Positions 39,538-50,667 of a stretch of DNA of 64,000 bases are shown here, piece by piece (the first letter of the stretch is position 1; every line of letters begins with the position of its first letter). The stretch comes from Bacilli bacterium. Lineage in GTDB: Bacteria; Bacillota_I; Bacilli_A; RFN20; CAG-826. The notes under the pieces were generated by a model. That model ran no database searches. It was not told where the DNA came from and saw nothing but the letters and a program-made list of their open reading frames with translations. The stretch is taken from NCBI GenBank assembly GCA_041669265.1, contig JBAYBM010000001.1:73819-137818 (forward strand), written 5' to 3'. Made by a program: the position numbers and the translations under genes.

Positions 39538-40976
39538 TGAGTGAAATTTTCGATGTCGTTGTTATTGGAGGAGGAGTAATAGGCTGTTCTATTGCCCGTT
39601 ATCTTTCTCGTTTTAAAGGCAACTTTATGTTACTTGAAAAGCATAATGATGTAGGCGAAGAAACTAGTAATGCAAATAGTGCAATTGTGCACAGTGGTTA
39701 TGATCCATTACCTGGAACTAATAAAGCAAAATTTAATGTTTTAGGAAATAAAATGATGCCACAAGTTTGTGATGAATTAGATGTACCATTTAAGAAAATT
39801 GGTAGTTTAACAATTGCGTTTTCTAATGAAGATATGGAAACATTAAAATCTTTACTTGAAAGAGCAAAAATAAATGGAGTTAAAGCAGAATTATTATCAA
39901 AAGAAGAATTAATAAAAATTGAACCAAATGTAAATAAGAATGCTTTTGGTGCTTTATTATGTCCTGATGCTGGGATTATTTCTCCCTTTAATTTAACTGT
40001 TTCCTTTATGGAAAATGCTATGGATAATGGATTTAAATTATCTTTAAATACTTGTGTAAACGGAATTAAAAAAGAGGATGGTCTTTATGTTATAAATACT
40101 GATAATGGAGTATTTAAAACAAAAGCATTAATTAATGCAAGTGGCGTTTATAGTGATGTTATAACTAGTTATTTAGAGAAACCATCTTTTAAAATTAACC
40201 CAACAAAAGGTGAATATATAATTTTAGATCACTATAGTAGTAATTTAGTAAAACACACTTTGTTTACTTGTCCAACTAAGGTGGGGAAAGGAGTTCTTGT
40301 AACACCAACAACATCATATAATTATTTGATTGGTCCTAGTGCAACTTTAACGGAAAGAGATGATTGTTCTACTGATAGCGAAACCTATGCTTTCTTAAGA
40401 GAAAAAGGTAAACAACTCGTTGAAAATATTCCTTTTAATGAAACAATTCGTGGTTTTGCTGGAGTAAGAGCAAACCCTTCAACAGATGATTTTATTATAG
40501 AAGAAAGTAAAAACAATCCTTTATTCTTTTTAGCTTGTGGAATTATGTCACCAGGATTAGCATCATCCCCAGCAATTGGAGAATATATTTCTAATCTTGT
40601 AGAGGATAAATTAAAACTAGAAAAGAATAAACAATTTAATCCTACAATTAGAAAACATTTAAGAATTAGTAATATGGGAATGGACAAATATAACGATTTA
40701 ATTAAAAAAGAGCCAGGATATGGTAGGTTTATTTGTCGTTGTGAAAAAGTAAGTGAGGGTGAAGTCGTTGATGCAATTCATAGAAATTGTGGGGCACATA
40801 CTATTAAAGGTGTTAAAAAAAGAGTACGTGCAGGATTTGGTAAATGCCAAGGAACTTTCTGCCAACCTGAAGTAATGAAGATTCTTTCAAAAGAATTAAG
40901 CGTCCCTTTATCAAAGGTTTGTTATAGCGACTTAGGAACTGAAATTTGTGTAGAGCCATCGAAAGGAGATAAATAA
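39537..40976 (+). CDS. FAD-dependent glycerol-3-phosphate dehydrogenase/oxidase-like protein with C-terminal BFD-like [2Fe-2S] domain
   Basis: 479 aa with the dinucleotide fold DVVVIGGGVIGCSIA and a C-terminal CRCEKVSEGEV...GKCQGTFC motif. It is in an operon with glpK. Confidence 0.8.
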   Translation: MSEIFDVVVIGGGVIGCSIARYLSRFKGNFMLLEKHNDVGEETSNANSAIVHSGYDPLPGTNKAKFNVLGNKMMPQVCDELDVPFKKIGSLTIAFSNEDMETLKSLLERAKINGVKAELLSKEELIKIEPNVNKNAFGALLCPDAGIISPFNLTVSFMENAMDNGFKLSLNTCVNGIKKEDGLYVINTDNGVFKTKALINASGVYSDVITSYLEKPSFKINPTKGEYIILDHYSSNLVKHTLFTCPTKVGKGVLVTPTTSYNYLIGPSATLTERDDCSTDSETYAFLREKGKQLVENIPFNETIRGFAGVRANPSTDDFIIEESKNNPLFFLACGIMSPGLASSPAIGEYISNLVEDKLKLEKNKQFNPTIRKHLRISNMGMDKYNDLIKKEPGYGRFICRCEKVSEGEVVDAIHRNCGAHTIKGVKKRVRAGFGKCQGTFCQPEVMKILSKELSVPLSKVCYSDLGTEICVEPSKGDK

Positions 40977-40977
40977 T

Positions 40978-42234
40978 ATGGAAAATATTGATTTAGCTAT
41001 TATTGGTGGAGGAAGTGCGGGTTTAGCTGCTGCTATTTCTGCTTATGATAATGGTGTAAGAAACATTGTTTTATTTGAAAGAGATAAAGAATTAGGTGGT
41101 ATTTTAAACCAATGTATTCATAACGGATTTGGACTTCATACTTTTAAAGAAGAATTAACTGGTCCTGAATTTGCTTCTAGATTAATTAATGAATTTAACG
41201 AAAGAAAAATAGTCGCAAAAATTAATTGCTTAGTTTTGAGCTTGTCCTCTAGTAAAATAATTACTTATTCAAATAGTGTTGATGGCGTAAAACAAGCAAA
41301 ATGTAAATCAATAATTTTTGCTGCTGGATGTAACGAAAGAACTAGGGGTCAAATTTTAATTCCAGGTAATAGACCAAAAGGTGTTTATACTGCTGGATTA
41401 GCACAAAAATATCTCAATGTTGATGGATATTTAGTTGGCAAAAATGTGTATATTTTAGGGAGTGGTGATATTGGTTTAATTATGGCAAGACGTATGACTT
41501 TAGAAGGTTGTAAAGTTATAGGTGTTAGTGAATTAATGCCATATTCCAATGGATTAAATAGAAATATAGTACAATGCCTTAATGATTTTAATATTCCATT
41601 AAGACTACATAATACTGTTACAAAAATAATTGGAAAAGAAAAACTAGAAGCAATTGAAATTTGTGATGTTGATGATTCTTTAAAACCAATTCCAGGGCAT
41701 GAGCAATTAATTAAATGTGATTGTTTATTGCTTTCTGTGGGTTTATATCCATTTAATGTTTTATTAAATAATGCTGGATGTAAATCATCTCCAAGGACTA
41801 AAGGAGCATTTGTTGATCAAAATGATGAGACATCTATTGATGGTGTATTTAGTTGTGGTAATGTTTTACAAGTTCACGATTTAGTTGATTTCGTAGCAGA
41901 AGAGGGGACCTTTGCAGGGAAAAATGCTGCAGAGTATTTAAAAAACCCAGATCGAAATTACATTAAAACTATTAATGTAAACGCAATTGACAATCTTGGT
42001 TATGTTTTACCAAACATTATTAGAGTGAATGAACTTTTAAAAAGTGTAACTTTTTCTTTTAGAGTAAGGAAACCATTAAAGAAAGCTTTCTTATATATTA
42101 AAGACGGGGATAAAGTAATAAAGAAAATGATGAAAGTAGATCTTTTGCCATCACAAATGCAAAAAGTTACTTTATCTGATATTGATTTTAAAGAAGTTAA
42201 TAATATTGATTTAACTTTGGAGGAAATTAAATAA
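40978..42234 (+). CDS. FAD/NAD(P)-binding pyridine nucleotide-disulfide oxidoreductase family (partner of the G3P dehydrogenase)
   Basis: 418 aa with two Rossmann motifs (AIIGGGSAGLAAA and YILGSGDIGLIMA) and the motif DGVFSCGN. Confidence 0.75.
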   Translation: MENIDLAIIGGGSAGLAAAISAYDNGVRNIVLFERDKELGGILNQCIHNGFGLHTFKEELTGPEFASRLINEFNERKIVAKINCLVLSLSSSKIITYSNSVDGVKQAKCKSIIFAAGCNERTRGQILIPGNRPKGVYTAGLAQKYLNVDGYLVGKNVYILGSGDIGLIMARRMTLEGCKVIGVSELMPYSNGLNRNIVQCLNDFNIPLRLHNTVTKIIGKEKLEAIEICDVDDSLKPIPGHEQLIKCDCLLLSVGLYPFNVLLNNAGCKSSPRTKGAFVDQNDETSIDGVFSCGNVLQVHDLVDFVAEEGTFAGKNAAEYLKNPDRNYIKTINVNAIDNLGYVLPNIIRVNELLKSVTFSFRVRKPLKKAFLYIKDGDKVIKKMMKVDLLPSQMQKVTLSDIDFKEVNNIDLTLEEIK

Positions 42235-42575
42235 TGAAAGAACTAACGTGTATAATTTGTCCAAAAGGATGTCATATTACTGTTCATGATGATGGAACTA
42301 TTACAGGAAATACTTGTAATAGAGGATATGAATATGCAAAACAAGAAGCCTCTCATCCAATGAGAACAGTGACTTCTACAATAAAAGTAAATGATGATAA
42401 TGTTTGTGTATGTCCTGTTAAAACGGAAACTGCAATTCCAAAAGAAAAGATGTTTGAAGTAATGGAAGAAATTAACAAAGTATCTGTTAATTTACCTATT
42501 AAGATGCATCAAATAATTATTAAAGATGTATGTGGAACTGGAGTTAATGTAATAGCAACAAAAGAGGAAAAATAA
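42234..42575 (+). CDS. DUF1667-like small Cys-rich protein
   Basis: 113 aa with the N-terminal motif CIICPKGC...TGNTCNRG. It is the usual third gene of this clostridial/Thermotoga-type G3P dehydrogenase trio. Confidence 0.65.
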   Translation: MKELTCIICPKGCHITVHDDGTITGNTCNRGYEYAKQEASHPMRTVTSTIKVNDDNVCVCPVKTETAIPKEKMFEVMEEINKVSVNLPIKMHQIIIKDVCGTGVNVIATKEEK

Positions 42576-43780
42576 TGGCAACTGTAAAGGAATATTTAAA
42601 AAGGTATGGTGATAAGACTTTTAAAGAATTGGCAATGAATGAGATTGATATTTCAATAATTGCCATCATTTCCTATGCGGATTTTCTTTCATCATCCGTA
42701 TCAAAGAAATATGAAAAAGATCAACCTATTCCTTTACAAGTTTTTAATAAAGACGAAACTCTTAAACTTGTTGCAAGAAGATACTTAGCAAAGAACCTTG
42801 TATTCTATAATTTTTTAAAACAATTTATGGATTGCAAGAGATATCAAGATATTGAATTAGGAAATATAGAAAATAAATTTAGTGAAAAGAATTCGGTACA
42901 GTTTTTTGCTATGACTATCAAAAACTCGATGGGAACATTTATTATTTATAGAGGAACTGATAATACAATTGTTGGATGGAAAGAAGACATTAATTTAGCA
43001 ATTAGTGATAGTATTCCTGCTCAAATTGATGCGGAAAAATATTTAGAAAAAATTGCGAAAAAAGTTAAAGGCGATTTATATATAATTGGTCATTCTAAAG
43101 GTGGCAATCTTGCATATTATTCTTTCTTTAATACAAAGGACACTATAAAAAATAGAATCAAGAAAGTATATAACTTAGATGGCCCAGGTTTTAGAGATGA
43201 TAATTATGATTATGATGAATATTCAACAAAACTAGTAAAAATTTGCCCTTCAGATGATGTTGTTGGTGCAATCTTTGATACTCGTTTAGACCAAGTACTT
43301 GTTCAATCTACAAGAATTGGGGTTGATGCTCATGATATGCTTACTTGGAAAGTAGATCCACATAAAAAATATTTAGAATTTATACATCCTAAAGATTACA
43401 CTCAATTTTGTAAGTCTTTTAAGATTGCATTAAATGATTGGTTTCATAATGTTCCAAAAGAATCTATGACTGATTTCGTTGATTTTATTTTTACTCTTGT
43501 TTCAATCGATAATCCATCTACATTAGGTGATTTAAAAGCTGGATTATTTCTTAATTCAAGAAAATATAGAAAAATAATAGCTAATTTCCCACCTGAAAAG
43601 AAAAAAGCATTAACAGAAATGGCTGTAGGTTTTATGCGTAGTTGGACTTATTCTTTCTTTCATCAAAAAGCTTATAGTATAGATTCATCTAAAAAAGAAT
43701 TAGAAAAAATAATAATTTCTTTAAATAAAGAAGCAGTTAAAAGTAAAAAAGGAAAACTTAATGTACAGGAGGATTTATAA
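42575..43780 (+). CDS. alpha/beta-hydrolase, lipase-like (DUF2974 / Mbeg1-like)
   Basis: 401 aa with a nucleophile elbow GHSKGG in the expected place (YIIGHSKGGNLAYY). It has TAATG junctions on both sides. Confidence 0.6.
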   Translation: MATVKEYLKRYGDKTFKELAMNEIDISIIAIISYADFLSSSVSKKYEKDQPIPLQVFNKDETLKLVARRYLAKNLVFYNFLKQFMDCKRYQDIELGNIENKFSEKNSVQFFAMTIKNSMGTFIIYRGTDNTIVGWKEDINLAISDSIPAQIDAEKYLEKIAKKVKGDLYIIGHSKGGNLAYYSFFNTKDTIKNRIKKVYNLDGPGFRDDNYDYDEYSTKLVKICPSDDVVGAIFDTRLDQVLVQSTRIGVDAHDMLTWKVDPHKKYLEFIHPKDYTQFCKSFKIALNDWFHNVPKESMTDFVDFIFTLVSIDNPSTLGDLKAGLFLNSRKYRKIIANFPPEKKKALTEMAVGFMRSWTYSFFHQKAYSIDSSKKELEKIIISLNKEAVKSKKGKLNVQEDL

Positions 43781-45252
43781 TGAGTTACATTTTAGCGTTA
43801 GATCAAGGGACAACATCATCAAGAGCAATACTTTTTGATAATAAAGGGCAAGTTTTTTATAAATCGCAGCAAGAAGTTGAATGTTATTTTCCTAGTGATG
43901 GATGGGTCGAGCAAAATGCACTTGATGTATGGTTAAGTGTTTTAAATGTAATTAACGATTGTTTAGCAAAAACAAATTTAACTTATGATGATATAAATTG
44001 TATTGGATTAACAAACCAAAGAGAAACAACTGTTGTTTGGAATAAAAAAACTGGTATGCCTGTATACAATGCTGTTGTTTGGCAATCAAGGCAATCTTTA
44101 GACATTTGTAATGGATGGGAAAAATATAAAGAACTAATTCATCAAAAAACAGGATTAATATTAAATCCATATTTTAGTGCATCTAAAATAAGATTTATTC
44201 TAGATCACATCCAAAATGGGCAAGAAAAAGCAGAAAAGGGTGAATTGCTTTTTGGAACCATTGATACATGGGTTATGTATAAATTATCAAAAGGCAAGAT
44301 TTTTAAAACTGATGTTACGAATGCTTCAAGAACCATGTTATTTAATATTAATAATATGGCTTGGGATGATGATTTGTTAAAATTATTTAACATTCCAAAA
44401 TGTATGTTAGCTGAAGTTTGTCCTTCTTCTAATAATTTTGGTGAAGCAACAATTTTAAAGAAAGACCTTTGTATATGTGGGGTTGCTGGAGATCAACAAG
44501 CTGCTTTATTTGGGCAAAATTGTTTTGAAAAAGGTGATAGCAAGAATACTTATGGAACTGGTTGTTTTATGCTTATGAATATAGGCGATAAACCAGCGTT
44601 TTCAAAGAACGGATTATTAACTACAGTTGCTTGGCAAATTGGAAATAAAGTTGTTTATGCATTTGAAGGAAGTGTTTTTGTTGGTGGTGCTAGTGTTCAA
44701 TGGTTAAGAGATCAAATGCGTATGATTAAGGATGCAAAAGATAGTGAAAGATATGCCACAAATGTAGATACAGATTTAGGTGTTTATGTAGTTCCTTCAT
44801 TTGTTGGATTAGGAGCTCCGTATTGGGATGATGAATGTCGTGGAGCTGTTTTTGGACTTACTAGAGCGACTTCGAAAGAGCATTTTATTCGAGCAGTTTT
44901 AAATTCAATTGCTTTGCAAACTAAAGATGTAATTGTTGCAATGGGAAAAGAAAGTGGAATAAAACTTAAATTATTAAAAGTTGATGGTGGAGCTACGGCA
45001 AATGGATATTTGATGCAATATCAAGCTGATATTTTGCAAACTCGTGTTTTACTCCCTCAATGTTTAGAAACGACTGCTTTAGGTGCTGCATATTTAGCAG
45101 GATTAAATAATAAATACTGGAAATCAATAGACGAAATAAAATCTATTCATAAATATAAAAAAGAATATACTCCACAAATGGATATAAAAAATGTTAAAGA
45201 AATTGATAAGAAGTGGGCGAAAGCAATAGAGGCAGTTAGGGTTTTTAAATAA
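43780..45252 (+). CDS. glpK: glycerol kinase
   Basis: 490 aa with FGGY motifs LALDQGTTSSRA, TNQRETTVVW, GDQQAALFGQ and VDGGAT. Confidence 0.93.
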   Translation: MSYILALDQGTTSSRAILFDNKGQVFYKSQQEVECYFPSDGWVEQNALDVWLSVLNVINDCLAKTNLTYDDINCIGLTNQRETTVVWNKKTGMPVYNAVVWQSRQSLDICNGWEKYKELIHQKTGLILNPYFSASKIRFILDHIQNGQEKAEKGELLFGTIDTWVMYKLSKGKIFKTDVTNASRTMLFNINNMAWDDDLLKLFNIPKCMLAEVCPSSNNFGEATILKKDLCICGVAGDQQAALFGQNCFEKGDSKNTYGTGCFMLMNIGDKPAFSKNGLLTTVAWQIGNKVVYAFEGSVFVGGASVQWLRDQMRMIKDAKDSERYATNVDTDLGVYVVPSFVGLGAPYWDDECRGAVFGLTRATSKEHFIRAVLNSIALQTKDVIVAMGKESGIKLKLLKVDGGATANGYLMQYQADILQTRVLLPQCLETTALGAAYLAGLNNKYWKSIDEIKSIHKYKKEYTPQMDIKNVKEIDKKWAKAIEAVRVFK

Positions 45253-47630
45253 TGAATAGTGAAATTTTAAAATGTTTAGATAGAGGAGCAATTATAGTTG
45301 GTCCTGGTTCATTAAGAAGATATTTTCTAGACTATAAAAATAGAAATCCTTTTTTAAACTTTAAATATTTTACAAAATCTGGCTTAGAGACAGAATTATT
45401 TGGTGAATATAAAGAAACCGCAATTAAAAAAGTAATGCAAAAGCTAAATGTTTCGTTTGAAATCTCTAATACAATACTTTCTTATTTTTCTAAAGGCATG
45501 GTAATAAATGAATATAATAAAAAATATGAATCCATCTTCAATGATTTATTAGATTTTGGATTGTATTATAAAGATGTTTATGCAAAGGAACTATTTAAAG
45601 AAAAAGAAATTATTTTTATTGGATATACTAATGATGATGTAGAAATTAAAAATATTATTAATTATATTGGAAACAAAAATGTAAAGTTCTTTTCTTTTGA
45701 TGATTTGGAATTCAAAAATGATATTAAAGAAGTTAATTATTTTTTAACAATTGATGAAGAAGTAAAATTTGTATTAAACGAGATTGCTTTTGAAATTGAT
45801 CATGGTGCAGAGCCAAAAGATTTTTTAATTTTTACCAATATTTCTGAATACAAATTCTATTTTGAGTTGTTTAGTAAAGAATACAATATTCCATTAAATT
45901 TTGATGATCCTAAAAGCTTATATGATACAAATAGTGGCAAAATATTAATTAGTAATTTATCTGGAAATATAAAAGATTTTTTAACTAAAAATGTCAAACT
46001 TTTTGAAAATGATTTAGATAATTATAATAAGATTTTATATTTAGCTGATTTTTATGATTTCGATAATATTAATAAGAATGATATTCCAAGTATTTTAAAA
46101 AGCGTAAATGTTCGAGAAACAAAATATGTAAATGGAGTAACAGTTACGAGTGTTCCTAATTTCGATCCAACTAAAAAAATATTTGCTACTTCTTTAAATA
46201 AAGATTTCTTTCCAACCATTTTAAAAAATAATGATTATTTTGACGATGCTATTAAAAAGAAGGTTTTCCTAACTGATTCAGTAAATAGAAGTCAATATTA
46301 TAGAAATATGGGAATAGCGTTTTTACATGCAAATAGCATAAAATCCCTATCATTTAGTGCTTCTTCTAAAGAAGATGGTGTTTCATATTTATTAAAAGAA
46401 CTAGATTATAAAATAACTAGTTTTTCTAATTCAAGAGATGAACAATATGCACAAAATCTTGGTCCATTTTATTATAAAGAATATGATACTTTATATAGAA
46501 AATTTAATGTAAATAGAAGCGATTATTCTAGATATTTAAACCAAAAAAATAGTATTTGTGAGTACAATAACGAATATAAACATATTGAAAAGGAATTAAA
46601 TATTGAGCCACATTATTCTTATTCAAGTTTATCAAACTATTTGTCTTGTCCTTTTAAATATTATGTTTCTAATGTTTTAAGATTGAATGAAGTTGAAAGA
46701 AATTTTTATGCTCGTCTTGGGACTTTCGCCCATAAATTATTAGAACATGTATATGACAAAGACCTTAATTTTGAGTCTTTATATAATGAAACTATTAATC
46801 TTGAGGATTTTAGTGATTTTACCCCTAGAGAAAGAATATTTTTAGATGGGTATAAAGATGATTTGTATCTCATTATGAATAGAATTAGAAAACAAAATGA
46901 GGCTTATCCATTTATTAAAACATATCATGAACAAAAATTAGTTACTACTATAAAACAAAATATTATTGTTGGTGGGAAAGAAGAAGAAAAGACGATTACT
47001 ATAAATGGATTTAGTGACCGTATTAATGAATATAAAGAGGGCTACGTTATTATTGATTATAAAACTGGGCATTCTTTTGGAGTACCTACAAAAGATAAAC
47101 CATTAGTAGAGAAACAATATCAATTACCTATTTATTCATATTTAGTTTCTACAAATTCTGAATTTAATAAAAAGCCAATAATCGCCGCTTTTATCCAACC
47201 CTTATCAATTAAAGGTTCTCATGATGTTAATAGTTTAGATAATGGTCAGTATAAGACTATTGAGTTATGTGGGTATATTGAAAATGATATGGAATTTATC
47301 AAAAAATATGACCCTTCATTAAAATTAAGTAATTCTTCTTCATACATTATGAATTTAAAAATTAACAATGATGGCGGTTTTAGTAAAAGTTCTAAGGTTT
47401 ATACTAGAAAAGAAATTGATAATTTTTCAAGTAGTGCTCTTAATAAAATTTTGGAAACAAATGAGGCCGTATTTGATAGGAAATTTGAAATTAATCCTTC
47501 AAATGTTGTTTCTTCTTCAAATGATTTTTCCTGCAAGTTTTGTGATTTTGATGATATATGTTATGTAAATCTTGAGAAACTAAAAATTCTAAGAAATATT
47601 GATACGGAGGACACTGATGATGCTGAATAA
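45252..47630 (+). CDS. addB: helicase-nuclease complex subunit B (AddB/RexB-like, compact)
   Basis: 792 aa. It has a PD-(D/E)XK nuclease motif (GYVIIDYKTG) and a 1+3 cysteine pattern (LSCPFKYY ... CKFCDFDDIC) like the AddB Fe-S staple. It precedes and overlaps addA. I saw no N-terminal Walker A. Confidence 0.75.
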   Translation: MNSEILKCLDRGAIIVGPGSLRRYFLDYKNRNPFLNFKYFTKSGLETELFGEYKETAIKKVMQKLNVSFEISNTILSYFSKGMVINEYNKKYESIFNDLLDFGLYYKDVYAKELFKEKEIIFIGYTNDDVEIKNIINYIGNKNVKFFSFDDLEFKNDIKEVNYFLTIDEEVKFVLNEIAFEIDHGAEPKDFLIFTNISEYKFYFELFSKEYNIPLNFDDPKSLYDTNSGKILISNLSGNIKDFLTKNVKLFENDLDNYNKILYLADFYDFDNINKNDIPSILKSVNVRETKYVNGVTVTSVPNFDPTKKIFATSLNKDFFPTILKNNDYFDDAIKKKVFLTDSVNRSQYYRNMGIAFLHANSIKSLSFSASSKEDGVSYLLKELDYKITSFSNSRDEQYAQNLGPFYYKEYDTLYRKFNVNRSDYSRYLNQKNSICEYNNEYKHIEKELNIEPHYSYSSLSNYLSCPFKYYVSNVLRLNEVERNFYARLGTFAHKLLEHVYDKDLNFESLYNETINLEDFSDFTPRERIFLDGYKDDLYLIMNRIRKQNEAYPFIKTYHEQKLVTTIKQNIIVGGKEEEKTITINGFSDRINEYKEGYVIIDYKTGHSFGVPTKDKPLVEKQYQLPIYSYLVSTNSEFNKKPIIAAFIQPLSIKGSHDVNSLDNGQYKTIELCGYIENDMEFIKKYDPSLKLSNSSSYIMNLKINNDGGFSKSSKVYTRKEIDNFSSSALNKILETNEAVFDRKFEINPSNVVSSSNDFSCKFCDFDDICYVNLEKLKILRNIDTEDTDDAE

Positions 47631-50600
47631 GGTACAAGAAAAGGCTGTTGAGTCATCAGGAAACGTCCTTGTTTCTGCAGGTGCTGGAAGTGGTAAAACT
47701 AAAGTTTTAACTTCGAGAGTTGTTTTTAATATTGTTGAAAAGAATATGAAGCTTGATGAATTACTTATAGTTACCTTTACAAATATGGCTGCTAAAGAAG
47801 TAAAAGACCGTATTAAGAAAGCTCTAATAGATAATGGAAGAAGCGAAGAAGTCCCTTATGTTGATTTAGCACATGTTGAAACATTTGATGCTTTTTCTTT
47901 ATATATTGTTAAAAAATATGGTTATAAATTAGGAATAAATCGTAATGTTAATAATGTGCCAGAGGATGTAATTGATGTTTATACAAGAAACCTTCTTGAA
48001 GAATTGTTTGATAAATATGCTTTAGAAAAAAATGAATTATTTGTCGAATTAGAAACTACATATTGTTCTAAAAATGATGATGAATTGATTAAAGCTATTC
48101 TGGATTTTTATAAAGCTTTTATTAAAATTGATGATAAAGATGAGTTTTTAAAATCTTATGATAAAAAGTTTTTAAGTGATGATCATTTTTCTCTTATTTT
48201 AAATCAGCTCTCTTTGTTAATTAATAGTTATAAAGATAAATTGAGTAGTTTAATTGATAAAAACCCAAATGAAGAGTATGTAGAGGCAATAAAAGAATGC
48301 TTAAAAGGTTTCTTTGATGCTAAAAATGCAGATGATTCTATTGAAGCATTAAAAGATATTCCAAAGATAAGCAAAATTGCTACAACTGGAGATGATGATA
48401 AAATAATAAGGGGTGAGATTAAAAAGTTTAGAGATAAGGAAAAAAAGTTTTCTTCTTTAGATTTATCTAAATATGATGTTGATATAGAAAAAGCTAAACG
48501 ATTAGTGCCTTTTATTTTAAGCATAATTAAATATTTGTATGATAAAACTTATGAGTTTGAATATGAAAAAGGTTATTTTACTTTTTCTGAAATTTTTAGA
48601 TTATCTTATAAACTAGTAAGTGAATTTGAAGATGTTAGGAATGATATAAAAAATAAAATTAAACTTATTATGATTGATGAATATCAAGATACTTCAAATA
48701 TTCAAACTCAATTTATAAATTTAATTGGTTCTAACAATGTTTTTTGTGTCGGTGATGTAAAACAATCTATATATTTATTTAGAAACGCCTCACCTGAAAA
48801 CTTCATTAAAATGTATGATAAATATGCAAATAATGATGGTGGAATTAGAATTGATATGAATACAAATTATCGATCAAGAGAAGAGATTTTAAATAGTGTA
48901 AACATAATATTTTCAAGAATAATGAGTAAAAATTATGGTGGTGCAGATTACGCAAAAAGTCACATCATAGAAGCTGGATATAGTTCATATAAATCTTTTG
49001 GTGCTACTTCTACAAAGCATGGCATATTTACTTTAAAATGTGAAAAAAGCGAAAATAACAAACCAATTATTAATAATGATATTAAAGCAATTATTCAAGA
49101 TATAAAAAAGAGAATCTATTATAAAGAGAAGGTCTATGATAGGAATATTGAAAAATTAAGAGATGTTGAATATAAAGATTTTTCTATTTTATGTGCTAAA
49201 GGAACTAATTTCTTAAATTATGAAAAAGTTTTACTGGATGGGGGGCTTCCTGTAAATGCAATTTATGATATTGCTTTATTTGATGATGAAGCAATTAAAA
49301 CTATTGTCTCTATCCTTAAATTTGTAGATTCTATGAATAATCCAGAAAATAGTTTAACTTTTCAAAATAAAATTAAGCATTATTATTTATCTATTGCAAG
49401 AAGCTTTCTTATAAACAAAAATGAAGAAGAAATATATGATGAAATAATCAATAATACATATAAAAATAGTAATTTATATAAAGAACTTTTATGTTTTGTA
49501 AATGAGAACAAAAATTCTAATTTATCTACTTTATATTTAAATTTATTAGAAAATTTTTCTTATATTAAAATGATACCTTCCTTATACGGAAATCCTCTAC
49601 AAAAACTTAATAAAATGAATGCATTTTATAATCGAGTTTGTATTATGGAAGATTTAGGTTTTACCTTGAATGACTTCATAAAATATTTAGAAAGTATTAA
49701 TAGTTATGATATTGAAATGGAAGAAACTCATGATGAACGTTTAGAAAATGCTATTAATTTATCTACAATTCATAAATCAAAAGGTCTAGAGTACAAGATT
49801 GTTTATTTGATTGATCCATTTTCTAAGAATAGTAATCACTTAAAAGGATCATATTATACAAGTTCTGAAGGAGAATTTTCTCTTCCTTCCTTTACAACTT
49901 CTCTGACTAGTAATCTCTTAAAGATTATTGAAAATAGTGGTATTTTGCCAGATAAATACTTAATGGAAAGAATTAGATTGCTTTATGTTGCAATGACTAG
50001 AGCAGAAGATTGTTTTATTATCGTTGATAAAAATAATACTCTATATGAAAAAAATAGTATTAATTTAAAAGATGCAAAAACAATTGGCGATTTTTTACTT
50101 GCTGCAAATGTTGAATTTGAGGAAAGCGAATTTGGAGATAAGGAATATCATGAAGTAGATAATAATGCAAAAAAGATTATTTCAAATCCATTTACTTACA
50201 AAAAGATTAATTGTTCAATGGATAAAGGTGATATAAAAACTTCTGCAAGCAAAGATATGAAATTTGATGCTGAACTTGAAACTTTGAAATATGGAACACA
50301 CATGCATTTATTGATGGAAGAAGTAGATTTTATTAAGAAAGATGTTTCATTCATTAAAGATTTTACAGAAAGAAAAAAGGTTGCAAGAGTATTAGAAAAT
50401 CCTTTATTTAAGGATATTAAGAATGCCAAGATTTTTAAAGAATATCAGTTCTTCGATGTTAAGAACAATAAAAACGGTATTATTGATTTGCTATTAGTTT
50501 ATGAAGAGAAGTGTATTGTAATTGACTACAAACTATCAAATATTGAAGACAGTGCTTATAAGGATCAACTTCAAATTTATAAGGGATATGTTGAAGAAAT

Positions 50601-50667
50601 TTTTAAAAAACCATGTAAGTGTTTCCTTATTTCAATTAAAGATGATTCAACGAAAGAGGTATTTTAA
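47617..50667 (+). CDS. addA: ATP-dependent helicase/nuclease subunit A (UvrD/AddA family)
   Basis: Walker A AGAGSGKT, motif II IDEYQDTS, TNYRS, SIHKSKGLEY and the C-terminal nuclease IVIDYKLS. The start is set at ATG 47617, 6 nt after GGAGG. Confidence 0.88.
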   Translation: MMLNKVQEKAVESSGNVLVSAGAGSGKTKVLTSRVVFNIVEKNMKLDELLIVTFTNMAAKEVKDRIKKALIDNGRSEEVPYVDLAHVETFDAFSLYIVKKYGYKLGINRNVNNVPEDVIDVYTRNLLEELFDKYALEKNELFVELETTYCSKNDDELIKAILDFYKAFIKIDDKDEFLKSYDKKFLSDDHFSLILNQLSLLINSYKDKLSSLIDKNPNEEYVEAIKECLKGFFDAKNADDSIEALKDIPKISKIATTGDDDKIIRGEIKKFRDKEKKFSSLDLSKYDVDIEKAKRLVPFILSIIKYLYDKTYEFEYEKGYFTFSEIFRLSYKLVSEFEDVRNDIKNKIKLIMIDEYQDTSNIQTQFINLIGSNNVFCVGDVKQSIYLFRNASPENFIKMYDKYANNDGGIRIDMNTNYRSREEILNSVNIIFSRIMSKNYGGADYAKSHIIEAGYSSYKSFGATSTKHGIFTLKCEKSENNKPIINNDIKAIIQDIKKRIYYKEKVYDRNIEKLRDVEYKDFSILCAKGTNFLNYEKVLLDGGLPVNAIYDIALFDDEAIKTIVSILKFVDSMNNPENSLTFQNKIKHYYLSIARSFLINKNEEEIYDEIINNTYKNSNLYKELLCFVNENKNSNLSTLYLNLLENFSYIKMIPSLYGNPLQKLNKMNAFYNRVCIMEDLGFTLNDFIKYLESINSYDIEMEETHDERLENAINLSTIHKSKGLEYKIVYLIDPFSKNSNHLKGSYYTSSEGEFSLPSFTTSLTSNLLKIIENSGILPDKYLMERIRLLYVAMTRAEDCFIIVDKNNTLYEKNSINLKDAKTIGDFLLAANVEFEESEFGDKEYHEVDNNAKKIISNPFTYKKINCSMDKGDIKTSASKDMKFDAELETLKYGTHMHLLMEEVDFIKKDVSFIKDFTERKKVARVLENPLFKDIKNAKIFKEYQFFDVKNNKNGIIDLLLVYEEKCIVIDYKLSNIEDSAYKDQLQIYKGYVEEIFKKPCKCFLISIKDDSTKEVF

